A stretch of 64,000 bases of DNA, taken from sequence record MK962754.1. One strand, 5' to 3'. Positions 13,423 through 21,890 of this stretch are shown one piece after another. The notes beneath the pieces are model-generated. The model had not been told where the DNA came from. It worked only from the letters and a program-made list of their open reading frames with translations, and ran no database searches. The DNA comes from Shigella phage JK36. The position numbers and the translations under genes were made by a program. Numbering within the stretch: the first letter of the stretch is position 1; the number at the start of each line of letters is the position of its first letter.

Positions 13423-14267
13423 GTATATGGTAAAGACCCTATCGCTGCTGGCGCTAAAGAAGCTTTCCATCCGATGTATGCTCCAGATGCGATGTTCTCT
13501 GGTCAGGGTGCTGCTAAGAAATTCCCAGCTCTGGCTGCTGACACTACTACTGTTGTAGGTGATATCTATACTCACTTCTTCCAAGAAACTGGTACTGTAT
13601 ATCTGCAAGCTTCTGCTGTCGTAACACTTGATTCTGGTGCAACTGATGCAGCTAAATTAGATGCAGAAGTTAAGAAACAAATGGAAGCTGGTGCACTGGT
13701 AGAAATCGCTGAAGGTATGGCTACTTCTATCGCTGAACTCCAGGAAGGTTTCAACGGTTCTACCGATAACCCATGGAATGAAATGGGCTTCCGTATCGAT
13801 AAACAAGTTATCGAAGCTAAATCTCGCCAGCTGAAAGCTGCTTACTCTATCGAATTAGCACAAGACCTCCGTGCAGTACACGGTATGGATGCTGATGCTG
13901 AATTGAGCGGTATTCTGGCTACAGAAATTATGCTAGAAATCAACCGTGAAGTTGTTGATTGGATTAACTACTCTGCACAGGTTGGTAAATCTGGTATGAC
14001 CCTGACTCCGGGTTCTAAAGCTGGTGTATTTGACTTCCAGGACCCGATTGATATCCGTGGTGCTCGTTGGGCCGGTGAAAGCTTTAAATCTCTGTTGTTC
14101 CAGATTGATAAAGAAGCAGTTGAAATTGCTCGTCAAACCGGTCGCGGTGAAGGTAACTTCATTATCGCTTCCCGTAACGTAGTTAACGTACTGGCTTCAG
14201 TTGATACTGGTATTTCTTACGCTGCACAGGGTCTGGCTTCTGGTTTTAATACCGACACTACTAAGTC
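13423..14267 (+). repeat. tandem duplication copy 2 (845 bp) within gene 23
   Basis: Starts immediately after copy 1 (junction 13422/13423); right flank diverges at 14268. Confidence 0.9.
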
Positions 14268-14625
14268 TGTATTTGCCGGTGTACTTGGTGGTAAATACCG
14301 CGTATACATCGACCAGTATGCTAAACAGGATTACTTCACCGTTGGTTACAAAGGCGCTAACGAAATGGATGCAGGTATTTACTATGCTCCTTACGTTGCA
14401 CTTACCCCGCTGCGTGGTTCCGATCCTAAGAACTTCCAGCCGGTAATGGGCTTTAAAACTCGTTACGGTATCGGTGTTAACCCGTTTGCTGAAAGTTCCC
14501 TGCAGGCTCCAGGTGCTCGCATCCAGTCCGGTATGCCATCTATCCTGAACAGCCTTGGTAAGAACGCTTACTTCCGCCGTGTATATGTAAAAGGCATCTA
14601 ATCTTAATTGATTAAATCTTATTTT

Positions 14626-14649
14626 GGGAGACTTCGGTCTCCCATTTTT
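14626..14649 (+). terminator. rho-independent terminator after gene 23 (GGGAGAC-TTCG-GTCTCCC plus T-run)
   Basis: 7-bp GC-rich stem with UUCG loop followed by ATTTTT, just after the gene 23 stop. Confidence 0.75.
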
Positions 14650-14653
14650 GGTT

Positions 14654-14923
14654 TTATTTCTGTGCAATTTCGATGTAAGTTTTCAAAATATTTTGCCAAT
14701 TAGGCATACCTTCTTGGACATATGCCGGAGAACCGTCTTTGTTTTTGAATGATGCAAGTTTATCAGTGGCCCAATAACCTTTAGCTCGAGCTTCAGAATC
14801 AACTTTCATCCATACTTTGTTGAAGGCATTACCATTAACTTTTGCACCATATTTTTCTACTAACTTAACTGCTTCAGCTTCCAGAACTTTTAAAGTATCT
14901 CGTAAGAAACGTGCTTTAGTCAT
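14654..14923 (-). CDS. hypothetical small early protein (89 aa), antisense to the surrounding late genes
   Basis: ATG start with GAGGAG RBS about 8 nt upstream; early-type promoter at 14954..14983; ORF ends just before the shared terminator hairpin. Confidence 0.55.
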   Translation of the reverse strand: MTKARFLRDTLKVLEAEAVKLVEKYGAKVNGNAFNKVWMKVDSEARAKGYWATDKLASFKNKDGSPAYVQEGMPNWQNILKTYIEIAQK

Positions 14924-14953
14924 TTTGTTTACTCCTCTGTAGTTGATAAGTCT

Positions 14954-14983
14954 ATAGTATCACATACCAAATACGTTGTAAAC
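14954..14983 (-). promoter_or_regulatory. early-type promoter (minus strand: GTTTAC-N18-TACTAT) for the 89-aa ORF
   Basis: Reverse complement reads GTTTACaacgtatttggtatgtgaTACTAT; same motif family recurs upstream of many minus-strand genes here. Confidence 0.55.
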
Positions 14984-14989
14984 AATCTT

Positions 14990-14997
14990 TATAAATA
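14990..14997 (+). promoter_or_regulatory. late promoter box TATAAATA upstream of gene 24
   Basis: Exact TATAAATA 28 nt upstream of the gene 24 ATG. Confidence 0.6.
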
Positions 14998-15024
14998 ATC
15001 TATATCACATAAGGAAAAAATGCA

Positions 15025-16308
15025 ATGAGTAAAATCCAAAAATTATTGCGTGAATCTACAACGTCTACTAGCAACTCAATTGGTCGCCCAAATCTCGTTG
15101 CTTTGACTCGCGCTACGACTAAATTAATATATTCTGACATTGTAGCAACACAAAGAACTAATCAACCTGTTGCTGCTTTTTATGGTATCAAATATCTTAA
15201 CCCAGATAACGAATTCACATTTAAAACCGGTGCTACTTATGCTGGCGAAGTTGGATATGTAGACCGAGAAAAAATTACTGAGCTCACAGAAGAATCAAAA
15301 GTCACACTAAATAAAGGTGATTTTTTCAAATATAATAATATCGTCTATAAAGTGTTAGAAGATACACCATTTGCAGATATTCAAGAAAGTGATCTAGAAT
15401 TAGCTCTTCAGATTGCAGTCGTTCATTTAAAGGTACGGTTATTTTCAGATGCAGCGGTAACAAGCAAATTTGAAAGCTCTGGTAGCGAAATTTCTGATGC
15501 AAGATTCCAGATTAATAAATGGCAAACTTCAGTCAAATCTCGTAAACTTAAAACTGGCCTCACGGTTGAATTAGCGCAAGATTTGGAAGCGAATGGATTT
15601 GATGCCCCTAACTTCTTAGAAGATTTGCTTGCTACTGAAATGGCTGATGAAATTAATAAAGATATTCTTCAGTCTTTAATTACTGTATCGAAACGTTATA
15701 AAGTTACTGGAATTACTGACACCGGATTTATTGACTTGAGCTATGCATCCGCTCCAGAAGCAGGTCGTTCATTATATCGAATGGTGTGTGAAATGGTATC
15801 ACACATTCAAAAAGAGACAACTTATACTGCAACGTTTTGTGTAGCCTCAGCTCGTGCAGCTGCTATTCTTGCTGCTTCTGGTTGGTTAAAACATAAGCCA
15901 GAAGATGACAAGTATCTTTCACAAAATGCTTATGGATTCTTGGCAAATGGATTACCTCTTTACTGCGATACCAACAGTCCGTTAGATTATGTTATTGTGG
16001 GTGTTGTAGAAAATATCGGCGAAAAAGAAATTGTAGGGTCCATCTTTTATGCTCCATACACTGAAGGAGTAGATTTAGATGACCCGGAACATGTCGGTGC
16101 ATTTAAAGTTGTAGTTGATCCGGAAAGTTTGCAACCGTCTATCGGATTATTGGTTAGATATGCTTTATCAGCAAATCCTTACACAGTAGCAAAAGACGAA
16201 AAAGAAGCGAGAATAATTGATGGCGGGGACATGGATAAAATGGCAGGACGTTCAGACTTGTCTGTTTTATTAGGTGTTAAGCTACCAAAAATTATCATTG
16301 ATGAATAA
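15025..16308 (+). CDS. 24: capsid vertex protein gp24
   Basis: 427-aa ORF with gp23-like fold signatures; follows gene 23 as in T4. Confidence 0.9.
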   Translation: MSKIQKLLRESTTSTSNSIGRPNLVALTRATTKLIYSDIVATQRTNQPVAAFYGIKYLNPDNEFTFKTGATYAGEVGYVDREKITELTEESKVTLNKGDFFKYNNIVYKVLEDTPFADIQESDLELALQIAVVHLKVRLFSDAAVTSKFESSGSEISDARFQINKWQTSVKSRKLKTGLTVELAQDLEANGFDAPNFLEDLLATEMADEINKDILQSLITVSKRYKVTGITDTGFIDLSYASAPEAGRSLYRMVCEMVSHIQKETTYTATFCVASARAAAILAASGWLKHKPEDDKYLSQNAYGFLANGLPLYCDTNSPLDYVIVGVVENIGEKEIVGSIFYAPYTEGVDLDDPEHVGAFKVVVDPESLQPSIGLLVRYALSANPYTVAKDEKEARIIDGGDMDKMAGRSDLSVLLGVKLPKIIIDE

Positions 16309-16314
16309 AACAAA

Positions 16315-16336
16315 GGGACCTTACGGTCCCTTTTTT
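16315..16336. terminator. bidirectional hairpin terminator between gene 24 (+) and rnlB (-)
   Basis: GGGACC-TTAC-GGTCCC followed by TTTTTT on plus; sits between convergent genes. Confidence 0.7.
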
Positions 16337-16338
16337 CG

Positions 16339-17337
16339 TTATGATACTAATTCAATCCATGCAGGACGCAGAACATCTTGCACCATTCGGACTAATTCTT
16401 TCTTAACAAGATTCGGATTATCAGATGATGTTAATACAATACCTTCGCGAGAAGTTTCTTCCAGAATATCTTGAACAGTCAATCCCATCACTTTGCCAAA
16501 ATCTTTTGGCGTTACAGCACCAATCTTAGAAATCACATTATTAATACGATTTAATGTAACATAACAAGCTAGAACATCAAGCAAGTTTTTGTCAGTTTCG
16601 GTTAATGGAACCTGAGTTTTAATAGGCTTATCAGACTTTTTCTTTTCACTGAATTTAGAGTTCTTGCACTTAATAGCTACACGAGTACCGTTTGGCAGCC
16701 ATTTAGGGAAACAAGGCTTCAGAACATAACCTTCTGCCGTATTATCGCCAATAACATTAGCATCAAATACGCAATTATTTGCTTCGACAAGGTCTTCCGA
16801 TGCCGTGGCGTTATAAGCGGCTAAGACAGAATCAAGATCGTTTGGAATCATGATAAGAGCATCAAATGTGCCACGTCCAAGCATTGGTGCCATTTTAAAA
16901 CCGAATTCATTACAGAAATCTTGCATTTCGTAATCGGTCAAATACGTATTATCACCACTTTCTGTATTGATAAGGATATCGAACACATAAAAATCTTTTT
17001 CACCGTAGTCAACACCTTTCTGGATTCCACCACCAGCGAATTCACCGAATACTTGATATGATACGGCTCGAGAACTACCCATTACTTCTTGAACGTTTTT
17101 AATAGCCTTATCATACTTCTTGAGTACGATTTCATAACCATAAAAATCTTCTGCCGGAAGAATAGGGCCTGTGCGCTTGGCGCATGTGACGTTGTCACGT
17201 TCAATTATTAACGAGAAGTTAGTCCCATGGATTTTCTCACGTGCTACCCAAACACCAGTAGTCAAACCATTAGTGTAGAGTTTTTCAATAAACTTAGAGT
17301 TGTAGTGGTTTTCAAGACTGCTGTATTTCTTAAACAT
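16339..17337 (-). CDS. rnlB: RNA ligase 2
   Basis: 332-aa ORF; N-terminus [20 protein letters not shown] and KIHGTN nucleotidyltransferase motif match my memory of T4 Rnl2. Confidence 0.9.
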   Translation of the reverse strand: MFKKYSSLENHYNSKFIEKLYTNGLTTGVWVAREKIHGTNFSLIIERDNVTCAKRTGPILPAEDFYGYEIVLKKYDKAIKNVQEVMGSSRAVSYQVFGEFAGGGIQKGVDYGEKDFYVFDILINTESGDNTYLTDYEMQDFCNEFGFKMAPMLGRGTFDALIMIPNDLDSVLAAYNATASEDLVEANNCVFDANVIGDNTAEGYVLKPCFPKWLPNGTRVAIKCKNSKFSEKKKSDKPIKTQVPLTETDKNLLDVLACYVTLNRINNVISKIGAVTPKDFGKVMGLTVQDILEETSREGIVLTSSDNPNLVKKELVRMVQDVLRPAWIELVS

Positions 17338-17427
17338 AAATCACCATTATAAATAATAATATCAAAATAATTAGCAGAGACTCTATCTCTGACCGGATGT
17401 TTAATTTGAATGGATAGAACCTAGATT

Positions 17428-17453
17428 CATTATACCATCAAAAATTGTAAAGC
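17428..17453 (-). promoter_or_regulatory. middle-type promoter (MotA-box-like TGCTTTA, 13-nt spacer, TATAAT) upstream of rnlB
   Basis: Reverse complement reads aatATGCTTTAcaatttttgatggTATAAT. Confidence 0.5.
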
Positions 17454-17456
17454 ATA

Positions 17457-17708
17457 TTAGAACTTGATTTCTATCCAATGACCATCACGCTGGTCGTGAT
17501 TAATTTTGTACTGAAAGCCGTTATCACGAAGCCATTGACCGACTTGTTCAGTTATAGTTAAATCGTTCTTTGACGGGTAGTACGTGAATTGTGTCTGGCC
17601 TTTATCAGCGGCTTTCTCTGCCATCACAGAGAAGTTAGTAATAAAATCACTCAACAAATTAGCTTTAGTGGCCAGCGCCCTTTCTCTTAATTCCTGTGCA
17701 AAACTCAT
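17457..17708 (-). CDS. hypothetical protein (83 aa; T4 24.2-like by position)
   Basis: ATG start; start/stop overlap with upstream ORF; position between rnlB and hoc. Confidence 0.6.
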   Translation of the reverse strand: MSFAQELRERALATKANLLSDFITNFSVMAEKAADKGQTQFTYYPSKNDLTITEQVGQWLRDNGFQYKINHDQRDGHWIEIKF

Positions 17709-17899
17709 TTCTTCACCTTTTTGTTAATCAAACGTTTACGGTATACAACTTTTTCTTTTGCTTTAAACTTTGACCGAGCTATCTCGGCTTTAGTCCATAG
17801 TAATCCAACTTCTTTAGGTTGTAAACCAATTTTTTGAGCAATTTCTACGAATGAAAATCCCGCCTCATGTAATGTATAAACTTCAACTTCAGCTCTCAT
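17705..17899 (-). CDS. hypothetical small protein (64 aa) with helix-turn-helix-like segment (T4 24.3-like by position)
   Basis: ORF track start 17905 is TTG; first ATG at 17899; segment FSFVEIAQKIGLQPKEV resembles an HTH; basic C-terminus. Confidence 0.5.
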   Translation of the reverse strand: MRAEVEVYTLHEAGFSFVEIAQKIGLQPKEVGLLWTKAEIARSKFKAKEKVVYRKRLINKKVKK

Positions 17900-17980
17900 A
17901 ATCAATCCCGTACTATTTGGTTTGTGCCATTATATACATAAATCTCAAGTTGTGTTTTGTATGCTTTAAAAACGAAGAAA

Positions 17981-17994
17981 GGGGCCGAAGCCCC
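17981..17994 (-). terminator. hairpin GGGGC-CGAAG-CCCC downstream of hoc
   Basis: GC stem just 3' of the hoc stop, followed on minus strand by a T-rich run. Confidence 0.55.
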
Positions 17995-18000
17995 TTACGA

Positions 18001-19131
18001 TTATGGATATGTATAGATGATACCAGTTTCCAAAGCAGTTTTATGGATGATGTATCCATTACGTGATTCTTGAACATCAACTTCCGGATAGTCTTTCATC
18101 ATCTTCTGAAGAGTGTAACGATGCAGGTAGTATTTACTATCTGGATCTTCAGTTTTCCAATCTTTACCTTCTTCAGTCATTTTTTGGATTTCATCCATAA
18201 CCCACCATCCGCACCAGATGTAAGCTGAAGTACGATGTGGAAGAGGATGAACATAAGGTAATTCACCTTCTGGTTCTGGAGCAACTTTATCGGTTACTTG
18301 AACTTGACCTTCTGCTGTAATAGTTTTGCTATCATAATCAGTAGCAGTAACAGTTGCAGTAACTTCAATAGTTTGACTTCCAATAGATGAGGTATCAACG
18401 GTATATACATTAGTTGACCCTTCTACAGGAGAAGAATCTTTCTTCCATGAATACTCAATTTGCGCTTCTTCTGGAGCATCAGTGACATTAACGGTAAATG
18501 TAGCCGAAGCATCTTGCTGAACGTTAATAGAAGGAGGAGTCAATGTAACCTGTGGATTCATTGTCTTCTTATTAACCGTTAATGATACTTCATTCGAAGT
18601 AACTTCCTTTGCATCATAATCTGTCGCGGTTACTTGGGCTACACATTTAATTCTTTTTACTCCACTTGCAGTTGGAGTATAGCTAAATGTAGAGTTAGTT
18701 TCTCCACCAACCTGTGAATCATCTACATACCACTGATACGTAGCAGATGCGCCTGATGGCTGCGAAGCCAAAGCAGCGGTAAATTCAACAGCTGTTCCAA
18801 TCACTCCAGCCGCAGGACTAGCAGGAGTTACGGCTAAGGTAGTCGTCTGTGTCTTATTTTGAACTGTGATAGTTGTAGTAGCTTCTGCTGTTTCAGCGTC
18901 AGTATCAGGAATAGTATTTGTTGCAACAACTTTAATTGTTTTTGTTCCGGCAGGTCCTTTTAACACATAATCAAAAGTTTCTGCTGATCCTTCTTGGGGA
19001 GCATCGTCTACACTCCATGCATAGGTAATAGTTCCACCTTCAGTTTGACCACTGGGTGCAGCAGTAAACTGCTTAGTCTCATCTATAACTCCAGTAGGTG
19101 TTTTAGGAGTTATATCAACTGTAAAAGCCAT
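18001..19131 (-). CDS. hoc: highly immunogenic outer capsid protein Hoc (Ig-like domain repeats)
   Basis: 376-aa ORF with three repeated Ig-like segments and conserved C-terminal capsid-binding region; T4 position. Confidence 0.9.
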   Translation of the reverse strand: MAFTVDITPKTPTGVIDETKQFTAAPSGQTEGGTITYAWSVDDAPQEGSAETFDYVLKGPAGTKTIKVVATNTIPDTDAETAEATTTITVQNKTQTTTLAVTPASPAAGVIGTAVEFTAALASQPSGASATYQWYVDDSQVGGETNSTFSYTPTASGVKRIKCVAQVTATDYDAKEVTSNEVSLTVNKKTMNPQVTLTPPSINVQQDASATFTVNVTDAPEEAQIEYSWKKDSSPVEGSTNVYTVDTSSIGSQTIEVTATVTATDYDSKTITAEGQVQVTDKVAPEPEGELPYVHPLPHRTSAYIWCGWWVMDEIQKMTEEGKDWKTEDPDSKYYLHRYTLQKMMKDYPEVDVQESRNGYIIHKTALETGIIYTYP

Positions 19132-19140
19132 AAGTTATCC

Positions 19141-19809
19141 TTATTTTAATGTTACGAAAGAAGAATTACGAGTTTCACGAATTAGAACTGATCCATCGCG
19201 ATTAATATAATAAATTAAGCTAAATAATGTTTGGTGAGCAGAAGCGTGCACAAAACTGGTTGGACGAGATTTCCAATCTGGGGTTTCGGCTATCCATTGA
19301 TAAATCCACCAAGGAACAGTAACATATCCTGGGGCTTTGCCTAATTTAATGAGTGTAGGACTAAAATTTTCAGGCAGAACAAATTTTACTTCTTTATTTA
19401 CCTCTGTCTCAGGCTCTTTTTCAGATTCAACAACCTGAGTAATTGCTTCTTCGAATTTATCATGGTCGAATTCTTTTTCTTGTTCGACAACTTCTAATAC
19501 TTCAACTTGTTCTGTTGGAGAATCAAACAACAGAATAGCTTCTTCTTTAACTTCTTCGTTGGTGAAATTAACACCGTCCACATCATCTGCGGCAGTAATT
19601 AAATCGGTGATAGATAATCCATCGGTTTCAGGTAATGGTTCATCAGCCAGTGCGTTAAGAGCTTCTTCGATATCAATAACAATATTATCGAATGATTTTG
19701 TTTTCTTAACACTAATGCCAAATTGTTTCGCATATTCGAACAGTTTAGCTTTGGCTTCCTTTTTATCAGAAAGAGCACGTAACTCTTCAATATAGTCTTT
19801 ATCGATCAT
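19141..19809 (-). CDS. inh: inhibitor of prohead protease (Inh-like)
   Basis: 222-aa acidic ORF directly after hoc as in T4; identity by synteny. Confidence 0.65.
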   Translation of the reverse strand: MIDKDYIEELRALSDKKEAKAKLFEYAKQFGISVKKTKSFDNIVIDIEEALNALADEPLPETDGLSITDLITAADDVDGVNFTNEEVKEEAILLFDSPTEQVEVLEVVEQEKEFDHDKFEEAITQVVESEKEPETEVNKEVKFVLPENFSPTLIKLGKAPGYVTVPWWIYQWIAETPDWKSRPTSFVHASAHQTLFSLIYYINRDGSVLIRETRNSSFVTLK

Positions 19810-19822
19810 GATATTTCCTCAT

Positions 19823-19830
19823 TATAAATA
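19823..19830 (+). promoter_or_regulatory. late promoter box TATAAATA upstream of uvsW
   Basis: Exact TATAAATA 30 nt upstream of the uvsW ATG in the 50-bp inh/uvsW gap. Confidence 0.55.
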
Positions 19831-19859
19831 TAACTATATTTATTACATGGTAATTTGAC

Positions 19860-21374
19860 ATGACTGACATTAAAGTACATTTTCATGATTTTAGTCACGT
19901 GCGCATTGAATGCGACGAAAGTACGTTTTACGAACTTCGTGACTTTTTTAGCTTTGAAGCTGACGGGTATAAATTTAACCCAAAATATCGCTATGGGCAA
20001 TGGGATGGTAGAATTCGACTTTTAGATTACAACCGTTTGTTACCATATGGACTTGTAGGACAAATAAAAAAGTTCTGTAGCAATATGAGTTATTCTGTAT
20101 GGATTGACCCTAAAATCTTTGAGACCGAAGACCTTACCAGAGAAGATTTTGACGCATGGCTTTCTAAACAAGAAATTTATTCGGGCAACTCCAAAATCGA
20201 ACCACATTGGTATCAAAAAGATGCAGTATATGAAGGACTAGTTAATCGTCGTCGAATTTTAAACCTTCCGACATCAGCAGGTAAATCACTAATCCAAGCA
20301 CTTTTAGCTCGGTATTATCTAGAGAACTATGAAGGTAAAATTCTCATTATCGTCCCTACAACAGCATTGACAACCCAGATGGCTAATGATTTTGTTGATT
20401 ATCGCTTGTTTAGTCATTCGATGATTAAGAAAATTGGCGGTGGTGCTGATAAAGCAGACAAATCTAAAAACGACGCTCCAATTATTGTTGGCACATGGCA
20501 AACGGTAGTTAAGCAGCCTAAAGAATGGTTCTCTCAGTTCGGTATGATGATGAACGATGAATGCCACTTAGCAACAGGCAAAAGTATTTCTTCAATCATC
20601 GCAGGATTAAATAATTGTATGTTTAAATTCGGTTTATCTGGCTCATTAAGAGACGGAAAAGCCAATGTAATGCAGTACGTGGGTATGTTCGGCGAAATCT
20701 TCCGTCCTGTTAGCACGTCTAAATTAATGGAAGATGGACAGGTAACTGAGCTTAAGATTAATAGTATTTTCCTTCGTTATCCGGACGAATTCACTGTTAA
20801 ATTAAAAGGTAAAACATACCAAGAAGAAGTTAAAATTATTACCGGACTAAAACGTCGTACAAAGTGGATTGCTCAACTTTCAGTCAAATTGGCTAAGAAA
20901 GACGAGAACGCTTTTGTAATGTTTAAACACGTTACACACGGTAAAGAAATATTTGAAGCTATTAAAGAGCTTGGATACGAAAAAGTTTATTACGTATCAG
21001 GTGAAGTTGATACTGAAACACGTAACGCGCTTAAAGTCATGGCAGAAAATGGTAAAGGCATTATTATTGTCGCATCATATGGAGTATTCTCTACTGGTAT
21101 TTCAGTCAAGAATCTTCATCATGTTATTTTTGCCCATGGTGTTAAATCAAAAATTATCGTACTTCAAACCGTAGGTCGCGTGCTTCGCAAGCATGGTTCT
21201 AAATCTGTTGCTACAGTTTGGGATCTCATCGACGATGCAGGTGTAAAACCTAAATCATTAAATACTAAAAAGAAGTATACTCATCTTAATTACTTGTTAA
21301 AACACGGTATTGATCGTATCCAACGTTACGCTGATGAGAAATTTAACTATGTAATGAAAACAATTAATTTATAA
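19860..21374 (+). CDS. uvsW: UvsW RNA-DNA/DNA helicase (SF2)
   Basis: 504-aa ORF; N-terminus MTDIKVHFHDFSHVRIECDESTF and Walker A LPTSAGKS; DECH motif MMNDECH. Confidence 0.9.
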   Translation: MTDIKVHFHDFSHVRIECDESTFYELRDFFSFEADGYKFNPKYRYGQWDGRIRLLDYNRLLPYGLVGQIKKFCSNMSYSVWIDPKIFETEDLTREDFDAWLSKQEIYSGNSKIEPHWYQKDAVYEGLVNRRRILNLPTSAGKSLIQALLARYYLENYEGKILIIVPTTALTTQMANDFVDYRLFSHSMIKKIGGGADKADKSKNDAPIIVGTWQTVVKQPKEWFSQFGMMMNDECHLATGKSISSIIAGLNNCMFKFGLSGSLRDGKANVMQYVGMFGEIFRPVSTSKLMEDGQVTELKINSIFLRYPDEFTVKLKGKTYQEEVKIITGLKRRTKWIAQLSVKLAKKDENAFVMFKHVTHGKEIFEAIKELGYEKVYYVSGEVDTETRNALKVMAENGKGIIIVASYGVFSTGISVKNLHHVIFAHGVKSKIIVLQTVGRVLRKHGSKSVATVWDLIDDAGVKPKSLNTKKKYTHLNYLLKHGIDRIQRYADEKFNYVMKTINL

Positions 21375-21399
21375 GGGCTTCGGCCCTTAGGAGATAAAA

Positions 21400-21630
21400 A
21401 TGGTACTTGAATTTAAACAATTTTTATACGAAGCATCTATTGACGAATTCATGGGTAAAATTGCTAGTTGTCATACCCTAGAAGGGCTTGAAGAATTGGA
21501 AGCTTATTATAAGAAACGTATAAAAGAAACGGAATTAAAAGATACAGATGATATTTCTGTCAGGGATGCCTTAGCAGGTAAGCGTGCCGAACTTGAAGGC
21601 GATGATGAGGATGTGGAAGAAGACTTCTAA
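21400..21630 (+). CDS. uvsW.1: UvsW.1-like small acidic protein
   Basis: 76-aa ORF in a different frame from uvsW, with AGGAG RBS; follows uvsW as in T4. Confidence 0.75.
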   Translation: MVLEFKQFLYEASIDEFMGKIASCHTLEGLEELEAYYKKRIKETELKDTDDISVRDALAGKRAELEGDDEDVEEDF

Positions 21631-21690
21631 TTAAAAAAAAAGGCCCAACCTTTTTGGAAGGGCCAAAAACCATAGGCAAAAAAGGTAACA

Positions 21691-21858
21691 CTATAGTAAA
21701 AGTTGGGTTTCGTTCAATTGCTCTTCTGAACTTTCTGAAACCGGCAATTGTTGGACATAATTATAACAAGGACCAGGATGTGCTGGACCTTTGTCTGTTT
21801 CAACAACCAATGCAGAATCGATTGGAGTTTTACAGACAACACAAATCTTATCTGACAT
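21691..21858 (-). CDS. hypothetical small protein (55 aa)
   Basis: Below the ORF-track size cutoff; ATG at 21858 preceded by AGGAGG with about 5-nt spacing; translation MSDKICVVCKTPIDSALVVETDKGPAHPGPCYNYVQQLPVSESSEEQLNETQLLL. Confidence 0.5.
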   Translation of the reverse strand: MSDKICVVCKTPIDSALVVETDKGPAHPGPCYNYVQQLPVSESSEEQLNETQLLL

Positions 21859-21890
21859 GATTGCCTCCTAAGTTGAAATTACATATCTAT

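Larger units (their letters stand above)
12188..14601 (+). pseudogene. 23: major capsid protein gp23, reading frame broken by an internal 845-bp tandem duplication
   Basis: ORF track gives two pieces (12188..13558 and 13474..14601) in different frames sharing a long identical peptide; removing one copy gives one continuous ORF of about 522 aa with the T4 gp23 C-terminus ...NAYFRRVYVKGI. Confidence 0.9.

Noticed and set aside
12188-14601. Two distinct capsid paralogue genes instead of one disrupted gene 23
   Set aside because: The duplicated segments are near-identical at the nucleotide level, directly adjacent and out of frame; the second piece lacks an N-terminus and the first lacks a C-terminus, so this is one gene with an internal duplication.
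19806-20000. 64-aa minus-strand ORF spanning the inh/uvsW junction
   Set aside because: Overlaps the uvsW N-terminus in antisense and the inh start; no signals.
21654-21860. 68-aa plus-strand ORF in the uvsW.1/uvsY gap
   Set aside because: It overlaps a minus-strand 55-aa ORF that has a strong AGGAGG RBS and fits the local gene orientation; the plus ORF has no RBS.
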